Below, in pieces: positions 1 to 35,069 of a stretch of 35,069 nucleotides of DNA. The translations under genes were made by a program, and so were the position numbers. Position 1 is the stretch's first letter, and each line of letters opens with the position of its first letter. Source of the stretch: Tubiluchus corallicola (lineage: Eukaryota; Animalia; Priapulida); assembly GCA_030141605.1 (NCBI GenBank), contig JAQGDQ010001103.1, positions 1 through 35,069 on the forward strand, written 5' to 3'. The notes below the pieces were generated by a model. It did not search any database. It had not been told where the DNA came from and saw nothing but the letters and a program-made list of their open reading frames with translations.

Positions 1-7
1 ATTAAGT

Positions 8-23170
<23,163 letters not shown>

Positions 23171-23382
23171 ATAGGCTTGCTGACCACAATGACCACAGTA
23201 ACCAGTGTCCAGCATGTCCGTGCATACTAATGTATTTTTGTTATTTTAGAAACCTCATTCAATAACTTATATTATGATGGTGAAACACTAGCCTATATTG
23301 TTGGTTTTTAACTGGGCCATGTTGACTTTTGCAACATTTGACATTAACTTCTTGTGGTGTGTTGCTAAAACAGAATCTTGTA

Positions 23383-23388
23383 AATAAA
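23383..23388 (+). terminator. candidate polyadenylation signal AATAAA
   Basis: First AATAAA I see after the stop at 23170, followed by T-rich sequence. The motif is common in AT-rich DNA. Confidence 0.3.
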
Positions 23389-23784
23389 CAAATAATTTTT
23401 CGTTATTCAGCACTAATATTAGATATTAGTTTTGTTTTTACGCGAGCACATGCACATGCGAGCACACATACATGCACTCACACACGCATAGACACACATG
23501 CACACGCACACGCACACCCTTACTAATCCATAATATGCAATTAGTTCATAAGAATGCAGAACAATCAACGAAACATATGTTTCATCAGTGATCTACAAGT
23601 GATTCTGCCTGGGAACAGTACAGTATTACGGAATACACTTGGCTTCAGACGCTGATTGGCTGGTTAGCATTACTTGTTGCGAAGCAACCTCAATCCCACC
23701 GCTTTAAACTTTTCTACAATGTTTTGCATGACCCCAGCAGTGAAATAAACAGACCTGGGTGACTGCGCTTAGTGCTCAGCTCTA

Positions 23785-24987
23785 GGTTGAAATGTATGCT
23801 AACCATGGTTGAAATGTATGCTAACCATGGTTGAAATGTATGCTAACCATGGTTGAAATGTATGCTAACCATGGTTGAAATATATGCTAACCATGGTTGA
23901 AATGTATGCTAACGATGGTTGAAATTTATGCTAACCATCGTTGAACTGTACGCTAACCATCGTTGAAATGTACGCTAACCATCGTTGAAATGTACGCTAA
24001 CCATCGTTGAAATGTACGCTAACCATCGTTGAAATTTATGCTAACCATCGTTGAAATGTATGCTAACCATTGTCATGCTAACCGTTGCTGAAATGTATGG
24101 TAACCATTGTTGAAATGTATGCTAACCATCGTTGAAATGTATGCTAACCATCGTTGAAATGTATGGTAACCATCGTTGAAATGTATGGTAACCATTGTTG
24201 AAATGTATGCTAACCATTGTCATGCTAACCGTTGCTGAAATGTATGGTAACCATTGTTGAAATGTATGCTAACCATTGTTGAATTGTACGCTAACCATCG
24301 TTGAAATGTACGCTAACCATCGTTGAAATTTATGCTAACCATCGTTGAAATGTATGCTAACCATTGTCATGCTAACCGTTGCTGAAATGTATGGTAACCA
24401 TTGTTGAAATGTATGCTAACCATCGTTGAAATGTGTGCTAACCATCGTTGAAATGTATGGTAACCATCGTTGAAATGTATGGTAACCATTGTTGAAATGT
24501 ATGCTAACCATTGTCATGCTAACCGTTGCTGAAATGTATGGTAACCATTGTTGAAATGTATGCTAACCATTGTTGAATTGTATGCTAACCATCGTTGAAA
24601 TGTATGCTAACCATCGTTGAAATGTATGGTAACCATCGTTGAAATGTATGGTAACCATCGTTGAATTGTATGCTAACCATCGTTGAAATGTATGCTAACC
24701 ATCGTTGAAATGTATGCTAACCATTGTTGAATTGTATGCTAACCATCGTTGAAATGTATGCTAACCATCGTTGAAATGTATGCTAACCATTGTTGAAATG
24801 TATGCTAACCATCGTTGAAATGTATGCTAACCATCGTTGAAATGTATGCTAACCATCGTTGAAATGTATGCTAACCATTGTTGAAATGTATGCTAACCAT
24901 CGTTGAATTGTATGCTAACCATCGTTGAAATGTATGCTAACCATCGTTGAAATGTATGCTAACCATTGTTGAATTGTATGCTAACCA
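23785..24987 (+). repeat. 22-bp minisatellite, ~55 units, with 147-bp higher-order structure
   Basis: Unit (G/C/T)GTTGAAATGTATGCTAACCAT; shortened variant TGTCATGCTAACCGT at 24071, 24218, 24365 and 24512. Confidence 0.95.
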
Positions 24988-25170
24988 AAGTTAACTAACC
25001 TACGGTACAGTGACATATTAATGTCGAAAGACAATCAAAAGAAAAATCTTGAGAACAAAAGACGGAAATCGAGAAAAAAATTAAACAACGCATAAATTCC
25101 GTAATTCATTAAAGAGCATCAATAAGTGTCAAAATGACATGGAAAAAAATAAAAAAGACACTTTTCACAG

Positions 25171-26617
25171 ATTCCACAAATCAAACGACACCTGGTTGCA
25201 GTGGTGAAATACATGAGATAACAGAAGAAGGCATTCTCACATCACCAGGGTATCCGGGCAATTACCCAAATAACACAGACTGTAACTGGCTCATCACTGC
25301 TCCACATGGAAAGGTTTGTGACAAATTCCACAATTAAACAATACGATATAAACTGGCTAACAACAACAGTGGTACCTCTTTTGTTTGCACCTTGATTGAT
25401 CTAGGCATGAGTAATTCTAAAATTCGTTTGTGGAGCTGACAGTGTACAGAATATGGCATTTTATTCTGGTGACTTTGAATGTCTACTGCTACAGCAACAG
25501 CAACAACAAAAGACACAATAACTACTTCACAAAAGCAAGAACAACAACAATAATAGCAATAACAACAACAGCAACAACAGCAACAACAAATACACTAAAG
25601 CAGTAAACAATTGTTTTGGCAGTCTCAGTAATAGGTACATTATTTCTTTTAGGAAGTAAAGATCAGTTTCAAATCATTTGAGGTTGAATTTGAATATGGC
25701 TGTATTTTCGATGCCCTCTTTATTTATGACGGCACCAAAATCAACCTGGATAATAATTCCACCATGTTGGCTAAACTCTGTGGACATTCTATTCCACCAG
25801 ACTATCACTCAATATGTCAGTCACTTTATCTTCACTTTACAACTGATAATACTGTAGTATACACGGGTTTTGAAATTGAAGTCTCTTTTATCGACCCCCC
25901 GCCTCTTACACCAAATGACGTTTTTGAGACGGTCCCATCCAGTGCAGATGTCCTGAGGGGTGAAGATGTAGTACTAGAATGCACAACTTCAGGAAGATTT
26001 CTAAACTGCCATGAAGAAGATTACTCTTGCGTCTGGATGCACAACGGTGAAATGATTCCTATAGATGAAACCGACAACATTGAATATCTTGTGGAAGCAG
26101 AAGAAGATCGAAGAATCTCTGGAATTTATGATATTCTCATTAGAGATGTGGATGTAGGTCAACGGGATGGTTCCTATTGTTGCGGCTGCAGAAAAGATTC
26201 ATCGCATGGTGATGATTTATTATGGTTTTCTTGAAATTGAAACACCATGAGTAAGTAAATAAAACAGTCTGAGTCACTAAATAAATGACACATATATAAT
26301 ATATTAATTAAATATTTAATTCAACACACAAATGATATACAAGCCACTATTGAATGAACAAACAACTAATAATGCATCACAGAAATAAATAAGTTAACAA
26401 AGGAGCACTTGAACAGCTTTTGTACAAACATCTGAACTATTGCATTATGTTTTGATATCAAAAATAGTGTTTTAAACTTGACCTTGGCATCGTGACCTTC
26501 GTGTGACCTTTGAATTTGTATTAAACCTGCTTTTGTTTTAGCCGTTTCAGTGATCAATTTTATGGTTTTTATTTCCAGGTTTCTTATTCACACAGGAAGC
26601 GGAAGTAGAAGCTGTTA
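25171..26617 (+). CDS. CUB domain + immunoglobulin domain protein, exons 25171-25313, 25653-26208 and 26579-26617 (5' exon not found)
   Basis: CUB signature: GCSG..EEGILTSPGYPGNYPNNTDCNWLITAPHGK|EVKISFKSFEVE..GCIFDALFIYDG..LAKLCG..LYLHFTTD..GFEIE. Ig signature: FETVPSSADVLRGEDVVLEC..W.HNG..YDILIRDV...DGSYCC. The 39-nt exon gives G-strand-like FLFTQEAEVEAV. Phases 1/0, 0/1 and 1/1 are compatible using the donor ATG|GTGATG at 26208. Confidence 0.8.
25490..25590 (+). repeat. degenerate (CAA)n tract
   Basis: Directly visible in the intron splitting the CUB domain. Confidence 0.7.
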
Positions 26618-26998
26618 GTAAGTATATTTTACAGACATTTTGTACAGACAACCGCCTGCAAAGTTTTAATTAAAGACAAGATGGAGGAAAGGTGAGATTA
26701 AAAGAGAAAGGAAGACAATGGAGAAACAGTGAGAAAGAGAAACAGGGAGCAAAAGAAGGATACGGCAAAAAGGGAGCGAGAGAGCAGAGCCATCTGCCAG
26801 CCAGATTTTAGCTGGTTTATTTAGAAAACGAGAGAATTATAATGAGATTTCGTTGTCGCTAACTTGTTGGTTTTATGACAGGAGGTATTTAAAGTTTAGG
26901 CATGACATAATCATTTATTACTATACTGTATTCGTGGACCTAGCGGATCCATGGATCTGACACGGAACCATTGTTTTTTGGACACGCGGAGTTACGGA

Positions 26999-27352
26999 TA
27001 GGTGTAAGCATTCTTTCCCAAAAAGCAAATTCTAATCGAATTGGAATTGAGTTTGAAAGATTTTCGAACAAGTTTTCGAACCAATAGTAAAGGGTGATCT
27101 TACAAAGATCATGCATATTACTTGACTTTGTTCTGCAGTAAAACCGCCATTAATTTGTTAAAAATTGTGCAGAGAAACTGCAGCTAAATTGTGCTAATTG
27201 CACGACGATGTTTCAAACGTTTTAATGACAAACAACATTTGTGGCTAAAGTGGTGAATTCGAATTATTCGAATATATAATTTTAGGTTCGAATCTAATTC
27301 GTACTAAAAAAACTCGCTTGAATCGAACTTGAACGTTCAATGCTCACCCTTA
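26999..27352 (+). mobile_element. hAT-like MITE rich in TTCGAA motifs, copy 2
   Basis: Ends TAGGTGTAAGCATT / AATGCTCACCCTTA; flanks GTTACGGA / TTTGCGGA (6/8 TSD). Confidence 0.8.
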
Positions 27353-27475
27353 TTTGCGGACTGTAAAATACTACAACCTACTACTATTTTTTGTAAAAAA
27401 TATTTCTGCCAAAACTACAATAAGCTTAAAAATGATTCTGCACAAGTTTTCTGCAATGATAATTCCTTTTTGCAG

Positions 27476-27688
27476 CTGCAGGTACTGAAAAGTTCTGCTC
27501 GTCAAAGCCATATTGCTACCTGTTACGATGGAGTCGACCGATATTATCATTTCTGTACAGAATTGTGGACCGGAGTTAATTATGATATCAAATATCCCTG
27601 TCACCCTGATTCATGTGATTTTGGTGGCGTCCACTTCTTCAGCGAAAGCAATCCTGGTGGCTGCATATGTCAGTACGATGAAGTGTAG
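27476..27688 (+). pseudogene. decayed, frameshifted tandem EGF-like exon of the CUB-Ig gene
   Basis: Acceptor TTTTTGCAG|CT phase 1 reads EKFCSSKPY. The EGF-like pattern then continues in another frame: ATCYDGVDRYYHFCTELWTGVNYD..PCHPDSCDFGGVH...CIC. Several expected Cys are Tyr or His. The spliced frame stops at TAA 27577-27579. Confidence 0.65.
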
Positions 27689-27722
27689 AGTAGTAACTTA
27701 ATTATACAGGTGTAACCAGATT

Positions 27723-28050
27723 AAACATTTTACCGCACAGATAAAACCAATTTCTATGTACCCAAATGAGAGGTTGGAAATTATCTATATTTATCTATCT
27801 ATATACAGTCACATTATAGTTTATATAGTTACATATTGGTAGTATATATTATTCTATAATTATATATTGTAATGTATATGTATTTCTAATTGGAATATTT
27901 CTACTATTTTTGGACTTATAATAATCGGCCTACTACCCACTCGATATTTTAAATCGTTGCATTTCTGCTGACCGCCAGACCAAAATTTTTACCACACAGA
28001 TAAAAAAGCACTCTCTATGTATCCAAATAAGAAGTTGAAAATTATCTATC
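27723..28050 (+). repeat. two direct copies of ~67 bp (27723-27790 and 27983-28050)
   Basis: TTTTACCxCACAGATAAAA..TCTATGTAxCCAAATxAGAxGTTGxAAATTATCTAT occurs twice. Confidence 0.75.
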
Positions 28051-29346
28051 CACGTGTATATAGACTTGCTCCTTTTACATTGTCACAAATTTATTCACAA
28101 TGCTTTTGTTGTGTAACTTAAGGACTGTAATCTGCATATTAAAAATAACATTAAGTTTTATTTTATAGTCGGTTTGTTATGTAATCGTTGTTATAAAAAT
28201 TTGTGCATTACTAGCAAACAATTAAGCAAGATATAGTAATTAATCATAATTATCTAATTAAGTGCAATAAATGAATAAACTTGAATTGGGTTGCTGTGTC
28301 TTTAATGCAAAAAATCTATATGAACACCAGTCTCACCAAATTAGAAAATTTATTATTATTAATAAATGTAGATAAAAATTAGCGGTTGCCTTTTGTCTAA
28401 ATTACTTCTTTTATACTATTCAATCATAGTGCATAGATTAGATAGTAAAACTCAACAGAATCAATGATTTCCATTGCAACTTTGAAATTATGTAGCTAAA
28501 GAACCAAAAAAATTAACAGTAATAATAATCTTGACAGTGATTATTAGTTTTTGACGGAAATGATGTTGACAAAAGAAACTGGTAGACAGTTGTCTAGTTC
28601 TTGCTGTATTAGCTACTTTGTTTATCTGTGTACCTAAAATAGTACCGTCCTGGCACGTAAGTTTTGAACTAAAGGCTAGAGAATTCACCGATAGTCTAAT
28701 TATTAATCCTAATTAAAGTATTCCTTTAATAAATTCAGTTCTTTTTTGTTTTAAAAGTAATTGCAAATTTAAACTACGGAAACTGTAGAGTATTGTACTA
28801 TGATTTGAACTTTATTAGATGTATAACAGTGCATTAATTATTCTATATTTCAATAAACAGCATTCTTGGATTACCACTAAAAATGTCTGTTTTCGTCTTT
28901 TAATGATCTAAACAAATTACACATACACTACCACTATTATTATTCTGGCTGTCTTTACTGCTCAAAAGAACCAATTGAAACAATAAATTGAAATGATTTG
29001 TACATCAACTACAATTAATAACACCACAGAGAGAAGACGAAGAGGTTTATAAATAATGTAATTATCACTTTTTGTCTTTCACATTTAAGCTTAAAAACTG
29101 ACGCAAACCTTAGACTGAGTAAGATGCATAACACCGTTCACAACAATTTTAGCTATGCAGCCAAATTTCTTAGATGTTTGCGACGTATTCTTCGACGTAA
29201 TTCCTTAATCAACATAAATGCAGTTAAAGTACATAATTGTTCAAAAATGTTTATAGAAAATGTTATCTTCTGGTACTGTTCGATGTTCAACAGAAATTTC
29301 ATTCAAAACATGAAAAAGTTCCGAGAAAAGAACGTCTCACTTAATT

Positions 29347-29973
29347 AGGCCCGTATCACACAGATAGGGCAGCAAGGAGCAAGCCATAATCCATCATTCG
29401 TAAGCCACAAAGTGTACACCTTCCACATTCTGTAAGGTGCATGTCGTAATCGCTCGGTGTAACTAGCAAGGCGTTTTGCCATAATCCGTTTTTTGGTGGG
29501 AGGCACGATACTAATAAATTTTAATATAATAGATAATGTAGTTTAATGGTTAATATACTATTACTAATTACGAAATAACGGGTTGTCGGTCGCATACAAT
29601 AGTATAATATGATGTCTGGTCTGCTGCTTCCTGCATGTAGTATGCATTTCTGATGTCCGTTGCAGTAATACAGCAGTCGTAAATAAGTGTTGCGAAATAA
29701 AACGGCTTTTGTAATGTTTATAGTACATCGATAGTATAAATTCTTATGGTATAAATGAATTATCATAGAAGAAAACTTGATTACACTGATTTTCAGATAA
29801 GCGATAAGCAAAAACGCCTTATCACAAATAAAATTAATGGACAAATTAATTTCTCCATGAGTCGCCTTATTAACTGCATATAATGAGCTTACCACAATTG
29901 CGGCTCATGGCTTTCGGTAGGCAAACCGCGATAGGCGGAAGACGGCAGATGAATTATATGTGTGACAGGGACT
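29347..29973. mobile_element. possible PIF/Harbinger-like MITE
   Basis: Imperfect TIR AGGCCCGTATCACACAGATA / TATATGTGTGACAGGGACT; no clean TSD. Confidence 0.4.
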
Positions 29974-30728
29974 GTTTAAATTAAAATACCTGTACTAACT
30001 AGGTCCAAAATTGCGGAACTGTAATTGCAATGAGTTACAGTTTTTTAAAAGTTAACTAGTGATTAATTGTGACCGTATCAATTACGTCATTAATTTCAGT
30101 ACCAAAAATATATTTTTACGCTGTTTAATCACAGCGAAATATTCTTATCTATGGTTCAATCATTGCTGTTCACACATTTTAATTCAACAACTCACTACGA
30201 GGTGGCAAGCGAAGCGCTATAGATAACGCACGTACTGACCTTTGTCACGTATTGACATTATGTTTAGTGGACTGAAAAGTTTATTCCAAGTTGAGTTTAA
30301 AAGACACAAAAGCACATGGTTGAGAGATCGCAGTAATGGATGAACCTTACGCGGCGGCAACAATTTCAAACATAAATTTGACTCTGTCGGCTACTTTAAA
30401 ATTGCATTGCCCGGATTTCGACGAAGTGCGACGGGGTAGGTTGACTAGGTTGGTTCGCAACTTGTTTGCTAGTTCAGGTGTTGCAGTTTCTTGAATAGTT
30501 TTAATGCACAGCTACGTACGACCGCAGACTGATGGATAAGCGAATCACTGTCGATTTCTTTTCTGCTGAACTTTTTAGAACATTTTTGAAGAAGTCACAG
30601 AAAGCAAAGTTTGCAGATTTTCAAAACTTGCAAGATTCGTCACAGGAAAAACGGCTGCACAATATGTGATTTTAATTTTATCAAATTAAAATCAACGAGG
30701 GGGCAAATTAGAAAATAGTCAAATAATG

Positions 30729-31564
30729 GGCGCTATTACACTTTCGCGCCTCCTAGTTTTTTCTGGCCTATTGTTTGTTTTCCGCAGGCCAGAAAGCAGA
30801 CCAACAGGTGTAATATACGCCATATTCCCATAATATTATTGGTTTATAGGCCTTACAATTCCAGATTAAAATCATACATTACTTACCGTCACCAACACGC
30901 AAGAAGCTCTATGTGAATAACTGTGTTTACACCACTCATGCACAATCGCTCTCGCGCAGTGACGTATGTGGCCCTTAACCTGTATAATTATAGTTTCTTT
31001 GCATAATTTATGATAATTATGGTTGCAGCCACGGGAGTTTGTATCGTATTACAGTGTTCCCTCGCTACTTCAAAAATATTAATGTGAAATATTTATCGCG
31101 GTATCTTCGCTGTTTCGATGGCATCAGAATAGTGGTAGTGATGACGATAACGATAAAAATAACACTGCAATAATGGTGGTGATAATGAGTATATTTCATT
31201 AATTTTATTCATTGCTGTATTACTATTAGATTATAAAAGTAAAGGTTTTGTCTTTATTTCATAAATGCGCTCAAGATAAAAGTGTGTCACGTGCCTTTTA
31301 AGCTAGGTCCTGATAATGCATAAACTAGTACGAAATTCGTCACGTGACTATACACACAAACAAGATGGCGATACGAACTGTATAGTGTAGAACTGTCAAT
31401 ACAACGTAATTATTGGTAATTATACACTAAATATATGAGTAAATTATCACGAGATTAGCGGAAACATTCACTGATGACGTGAGAATAATAGAATAATGAC
31501 CTACGAGCCTAGAAACGAGTAATAACCCAGAAAACACTAGGAGGTGCGAAAGTGTAATAGCGCC
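30729..31564. mobile_element. non-autonomous TIR element, probably Merlin (IS1016-like), 836 bp
   Basis: 38-bp TIR GGCGCTATTACACTTTCGC(G/A)CCTCCTAGT(T/G)TTTTCTGG (36/38); perfect 8-bp TSD AAATAATG (30721-30728 and 31565-31572); 5'-GG termini. Confidence 0.85.
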
Positions 31565-33424
31565 AAATAATGTCTTGGCCTCCTAAGGTTCTATAGAGCA
31601 TTTATTTCTCGACATGGGCTGCCGTAGAGAAACAGCGTTTGAAAAACCCTATAAATGGACATTTTTTGCAAATTTATAAAACTGGACTGCAAGAGATGGG
31701 AAGCTTGAAAAAGCTTTGAAGTCATAGAGAAGAGTATCGGATGCCCCACTTTTAATGAATCCCTCCCCACATGAATTTATCTTTAAAGCACAACAAAACC
31801 TTCCATTTACATCAAGCTCAACTACTTACATACTGTTTTTTTGCAATGAGTTGCTTGCGTCAGCAGTAATACTGTATAAAACTTTTAAGTTTAAATTCCT
31901 GCGATGACCGTTGGATGCAGCCATTTTTATAGCGGGTCATTTGGAACAATTTTAGAACATTGCACGAAGTCTGAAGAAATAATTAGAGCATTCGTAGCGC
32001 ACATGCCACTAACTAAGTAAAATTTTAAATTACTTTATGTTGTCAATAAGATTAAAAAGACATTTTTGATTAGTTAGTGGTGCACCCTGGAGGGTGATTT
32101 TACCAACTGGTGAAAACATTTTAAATTTCTAGTTACATAAGTCTTTCCAGCTGATAAGCTGTAAATGCTAAGTAATATAACTGCATGGAGATCTTTTGGG
32201 ATGTAATTTTTATCATTTCCTTTTCTTCTGTGGCGACAATTGTGCATTCTCTAGTTAAGAAAAGCAAATGTTTTGACTACCGCGAATGAAATGGATACAA
32301 AACACCAGTTTAACGTGTTGACCAAAAGTTTCTTTATTCTGAAATACAATTATTAACATTTAGTTTAACTTGCATTGAATAGAAGAAAATTAGTTGCATG
32401 ATTAAATGTATTGCTATAACTAAGTACTGATATAAAAATTATGTAGACTATATTGAAATTAATTAACAATAACTTACGTTGTTAGAGCCTTTAACAGTTA
32501 CAAAGACAGGAATGAGAACTCCAAGTTGCCTTAAGAACAACAATGTCACAACAATAAATTCGTAAGAAATTTACAGTCATAATGCTCATCACAGACAGAA
32601 AAATAGAGCAATGGCGGAGAGAACCAAAAGACGGGTAAAATGTCATACAACTACTATAGCTATAGCTCACAAAAGGCCAAAATGCTAATGTATTTAAGGA
32701 TATTAGGTGCTTCGATTTTAAAAGAGTGACTATTGTAAAAAGTAAAATGCCTACTAACAGGTGGCAGCACCGTGGCAGTAACTGCGAACTAAATTAAAAC
32801 CAAAAGAGGGCCCATGCACTCACTACAGCGAAGTTATGAAGTTGGCTCTTCATAAGCAAGGTGATGATAACTGTTTATCGTTTACAAAATCTATAAATCT
32901 TTAGGGCGACTGAACTAAACATTTCCGTTTACAGGTGTGTAATCATGACAGCCCTCGTGAACGGAGACTATATGTACGAATAATAAACTATGTACGGAAA
33001 TAAAATACGTATATTTACTTATAATGATGATCGTTGATATTTAAGTAGCTAAACAAATAGAAGAAACTTTATCAGTACAGCAAAAGGGGACTTCTAGCTG
33101 ACAGAAATGTTGTGGTACAGTAAATACATCGCTTTAGTATTTAGTGTTTAGGAGGGGCGGGGGGGGGGGGGGGGGGTACTTGTCATTACTGTCTGTTGTG
33201 CTTTGTCTGCTGTCCAGGACTTCTTTTTTTAAATTTAATCTCCTGCCACCAAGAAAGGAAAATGGAACATCTTTGACACAGGAAAAGCTTGTTTGCTTTC
33301 TAGACCTAAATTCAAAACAAAAGAGCAGCTAAGATTTTATGAAATAAGTATATTTTTAATGAAGATTATCATTATATTTTTCCTGGTCTCTATTGATTTT
33401 ATTACCATTTCAATAATTTATTAC

Positions 33425-33455
<31 letters not shown>

Positions 33456-33462
33456 TTATTAT
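33425..33462 (+). repeat. (TAT)n microsatellite
   Basis: Directly visible. Confidence 0.85.
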
Positions 33463-33912
33463 TTATTTTAGCTTGTAGGAAAAGTTTAGAACCCACAAAA
33501 ATACACTTATTAAAAAAACCAAAATAAGTACATGAACTTACAATTTACAAAATTAAAAATAGAAATTAGCTAAAATATTTGATGTGCATCAAAATCACGT
33601 CTCCATGGGCGGTAATTTTGGGGCATATGAAAACGTCACTATTGTAAATTATGTAGTTTAGAACATGGTATCTAACATTATATGAACATTTAAGCAAAAT
33701 AGCTGTAAAATGATTAATGTCATTTTCTATACGAATGTAGAAGCTCAAGTACCATGTCTGTATATGAATGATTTTACCATAAGTGATAATAATGCTATAC
33801 GGTATTTGATGTATAGTTGTTGTATATCAGCTTGAAGAATAATATTGATTTTCTTTATAGCATTGAATATATTGAATTGTTTGTGTTTGTTTGTTTATTA
33901 AGTCTTATCCGT

Positions 33913-35069
33913 GTTGAGCGTAGCTGATCGTAGCTGAGCGTAGTTGAGTGTAGCTGAGCATAGTTGAGCATAGTTGAGCGCAGTTGAGCATAGTTGAGCG
34001 TAGCTGGGCGTAGTTGAGTGTAGTTGAGCGTAGTTGAGGGTAGCTGAGCGTAGTTGAGCATAGTTGAGCGTAGTTGAGCATAGTTGAGCGCAGTTGAGCA
34101 TAGTTGAGCGCAGTTGAGCATAGTTGAGCGTAGCTGATCGTAGCTGAGCGTAGTTGAGCGTAGCTGAGCATAGTTGAGTGTAGTTGAGCGTAGTTGAGTG
34201 TAGCTGAGCATAGTTGAGCATAGTTGAGCGTAGTTGAGTGTAGCTGAGCGCAGTTGAGTGTAGTTGAGCGTAGTTGAGCGTAGTTGAGCATAGTTGAGCA
34301 TAGTTGAGTGTAGTTGAGCATAGTTGAGTGTAGCTGAGCATAGTTGAGTGTAGTTGAGTGTAGCTGAGCGTAGTTGAGCGTAGTTGAGCGTAGTTGAGCA
34401 TAGTTGAGGGTAGCTGAGCGTAGTTGAGCGTAGCTGAGCGTAGTTGAGCGTAGTTGAGTGTAGCTGAGCGCAGTTGAGCATAGTTGAGCGTAGTTGAGTG
34501 TAGCTGAGCATAGTTGAGTGTAGTTGAGCGTAGCTGAGCGCAGTTGAGCATAGTTGAGCGCAGTTGAGCATAGTTGAGTGTAGTTGAGTGTAGTTGAGCA
34601 TAGTTGAGTGTAGCTGGGCGTAGTTGAGTGTAGTTGAGCGTAGCTGAGCGCAGTTGAGCATAGTTGAGTGTAGCTGAGCGTAGTTGAGTGTAGTTGAGCG
34701 TAGCTGAGCGCAGTTGAGCATAGTTGAGTGTAGCTGAGTGTAGTTGAGTGTAGTTGAGCATAGTTGAGTGTAGTTGAGCGTAGTTGAGTGTAGTTGAGCG
34801 TAGCTGAGCGCAGTTGAGCATAGTTGAGTGTAGTTGAGCATAGTTGAGTGTAGCTGAGTGTAGTTGAGCATAGTTGAGCGTAGCTGGGCGTAGTTGAGTG
34901 TAGTTGAGCATAGTTGAGCGTAGTTGAGCATAGTTGAGCGTAGTTGAGCATAGCTGAGCGTAGTTGAGCATAGCTGAGCGCAGTTGAGCATAGTTGAGTG
35001 TAGTTGAGCGTAGTTGAGTGTAGTTGAGCATAGTTGAGTGTAGTTGAGCGTAGTTGAGTGTAGTTGAGC
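33913..35069 (+). repeat. 10-bp satellite TAG(T/C)TGAG(C/T)(G/A), ~115 units, running off the window end
   Basis: Directly visible; it accounts for the three long minus-strand ORFs. Confidence 0.97.

Noticed and set aside
25134-25170. ATG 25134 as the start of the CUB-Ig gene
   Set aside because: MTWKKIKKTLFT is not a signal peptide, and a good acceptor (CTTTTCACAG) lies at 25170.
26232-26240. Two in-frame TGA codons as selenocysteine or readthrough
   Set aside because: No SECIS element recognised, the positions are not Cys-equivalent, and the upstream donor at 26208 explains the frame.
33151-33177. G-run as a regulatory G-quadruplex
   Set aside because: An isolated homopolymer with no associated gene feature; its length is unreliable in assemblies.
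28100-33900. Short ORFs in the downstream region
   Set aside because: AT-rich, with no domain signatures or consistent exon chains on either strand that I could recognise.
33855-35031. Three 350-380 aa minus-strand ORFs; possible telomeric repeat
   Set aside because: They are translations of the 10-bp satellite, and the unit does not resemble TTAGGG or TTAGG.

Overview
Eukaryotic, AT-rich, repeat-rich animal (probably invertebrate) genomic DNA, not prokaryotic. Positions 8-23170 (+) hold a 13-exon gene I assembled by hand, with all GT-AG intron phases compatible (about 1517 aa). Its N-terminus, first IQ region and whole C-terminus resemble LRRIQ1 (from memory of the vertebrate protein, not a database search). 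It has five IQ motifs but no leucine-rich-repeat block: a 1.2 kb intron that is mostly a CTG-centred microsatellite sits where the LRRs would be expected. About 2 kb downstream (25171-27688, +) is a CUB-Ig module followed by a frameshifted, cysteine-decayed EGF-like exon, with no recognisable signal-peptide exon. Most introns carry their own tandem repeat (units of 76, 70, 50/42, 78, 46, 41 and 22 bp, plus CT, GA, CTG and GTAA microsatellites). Several non-autonomous DNA transposons have readable TIRs/TSDs (hAT-, piggyBac-, pogo/Tigger-, Merlin- and possibly Harbinger-like). The window ends in a 10-bp satellite. All coordinates were counted by eye.
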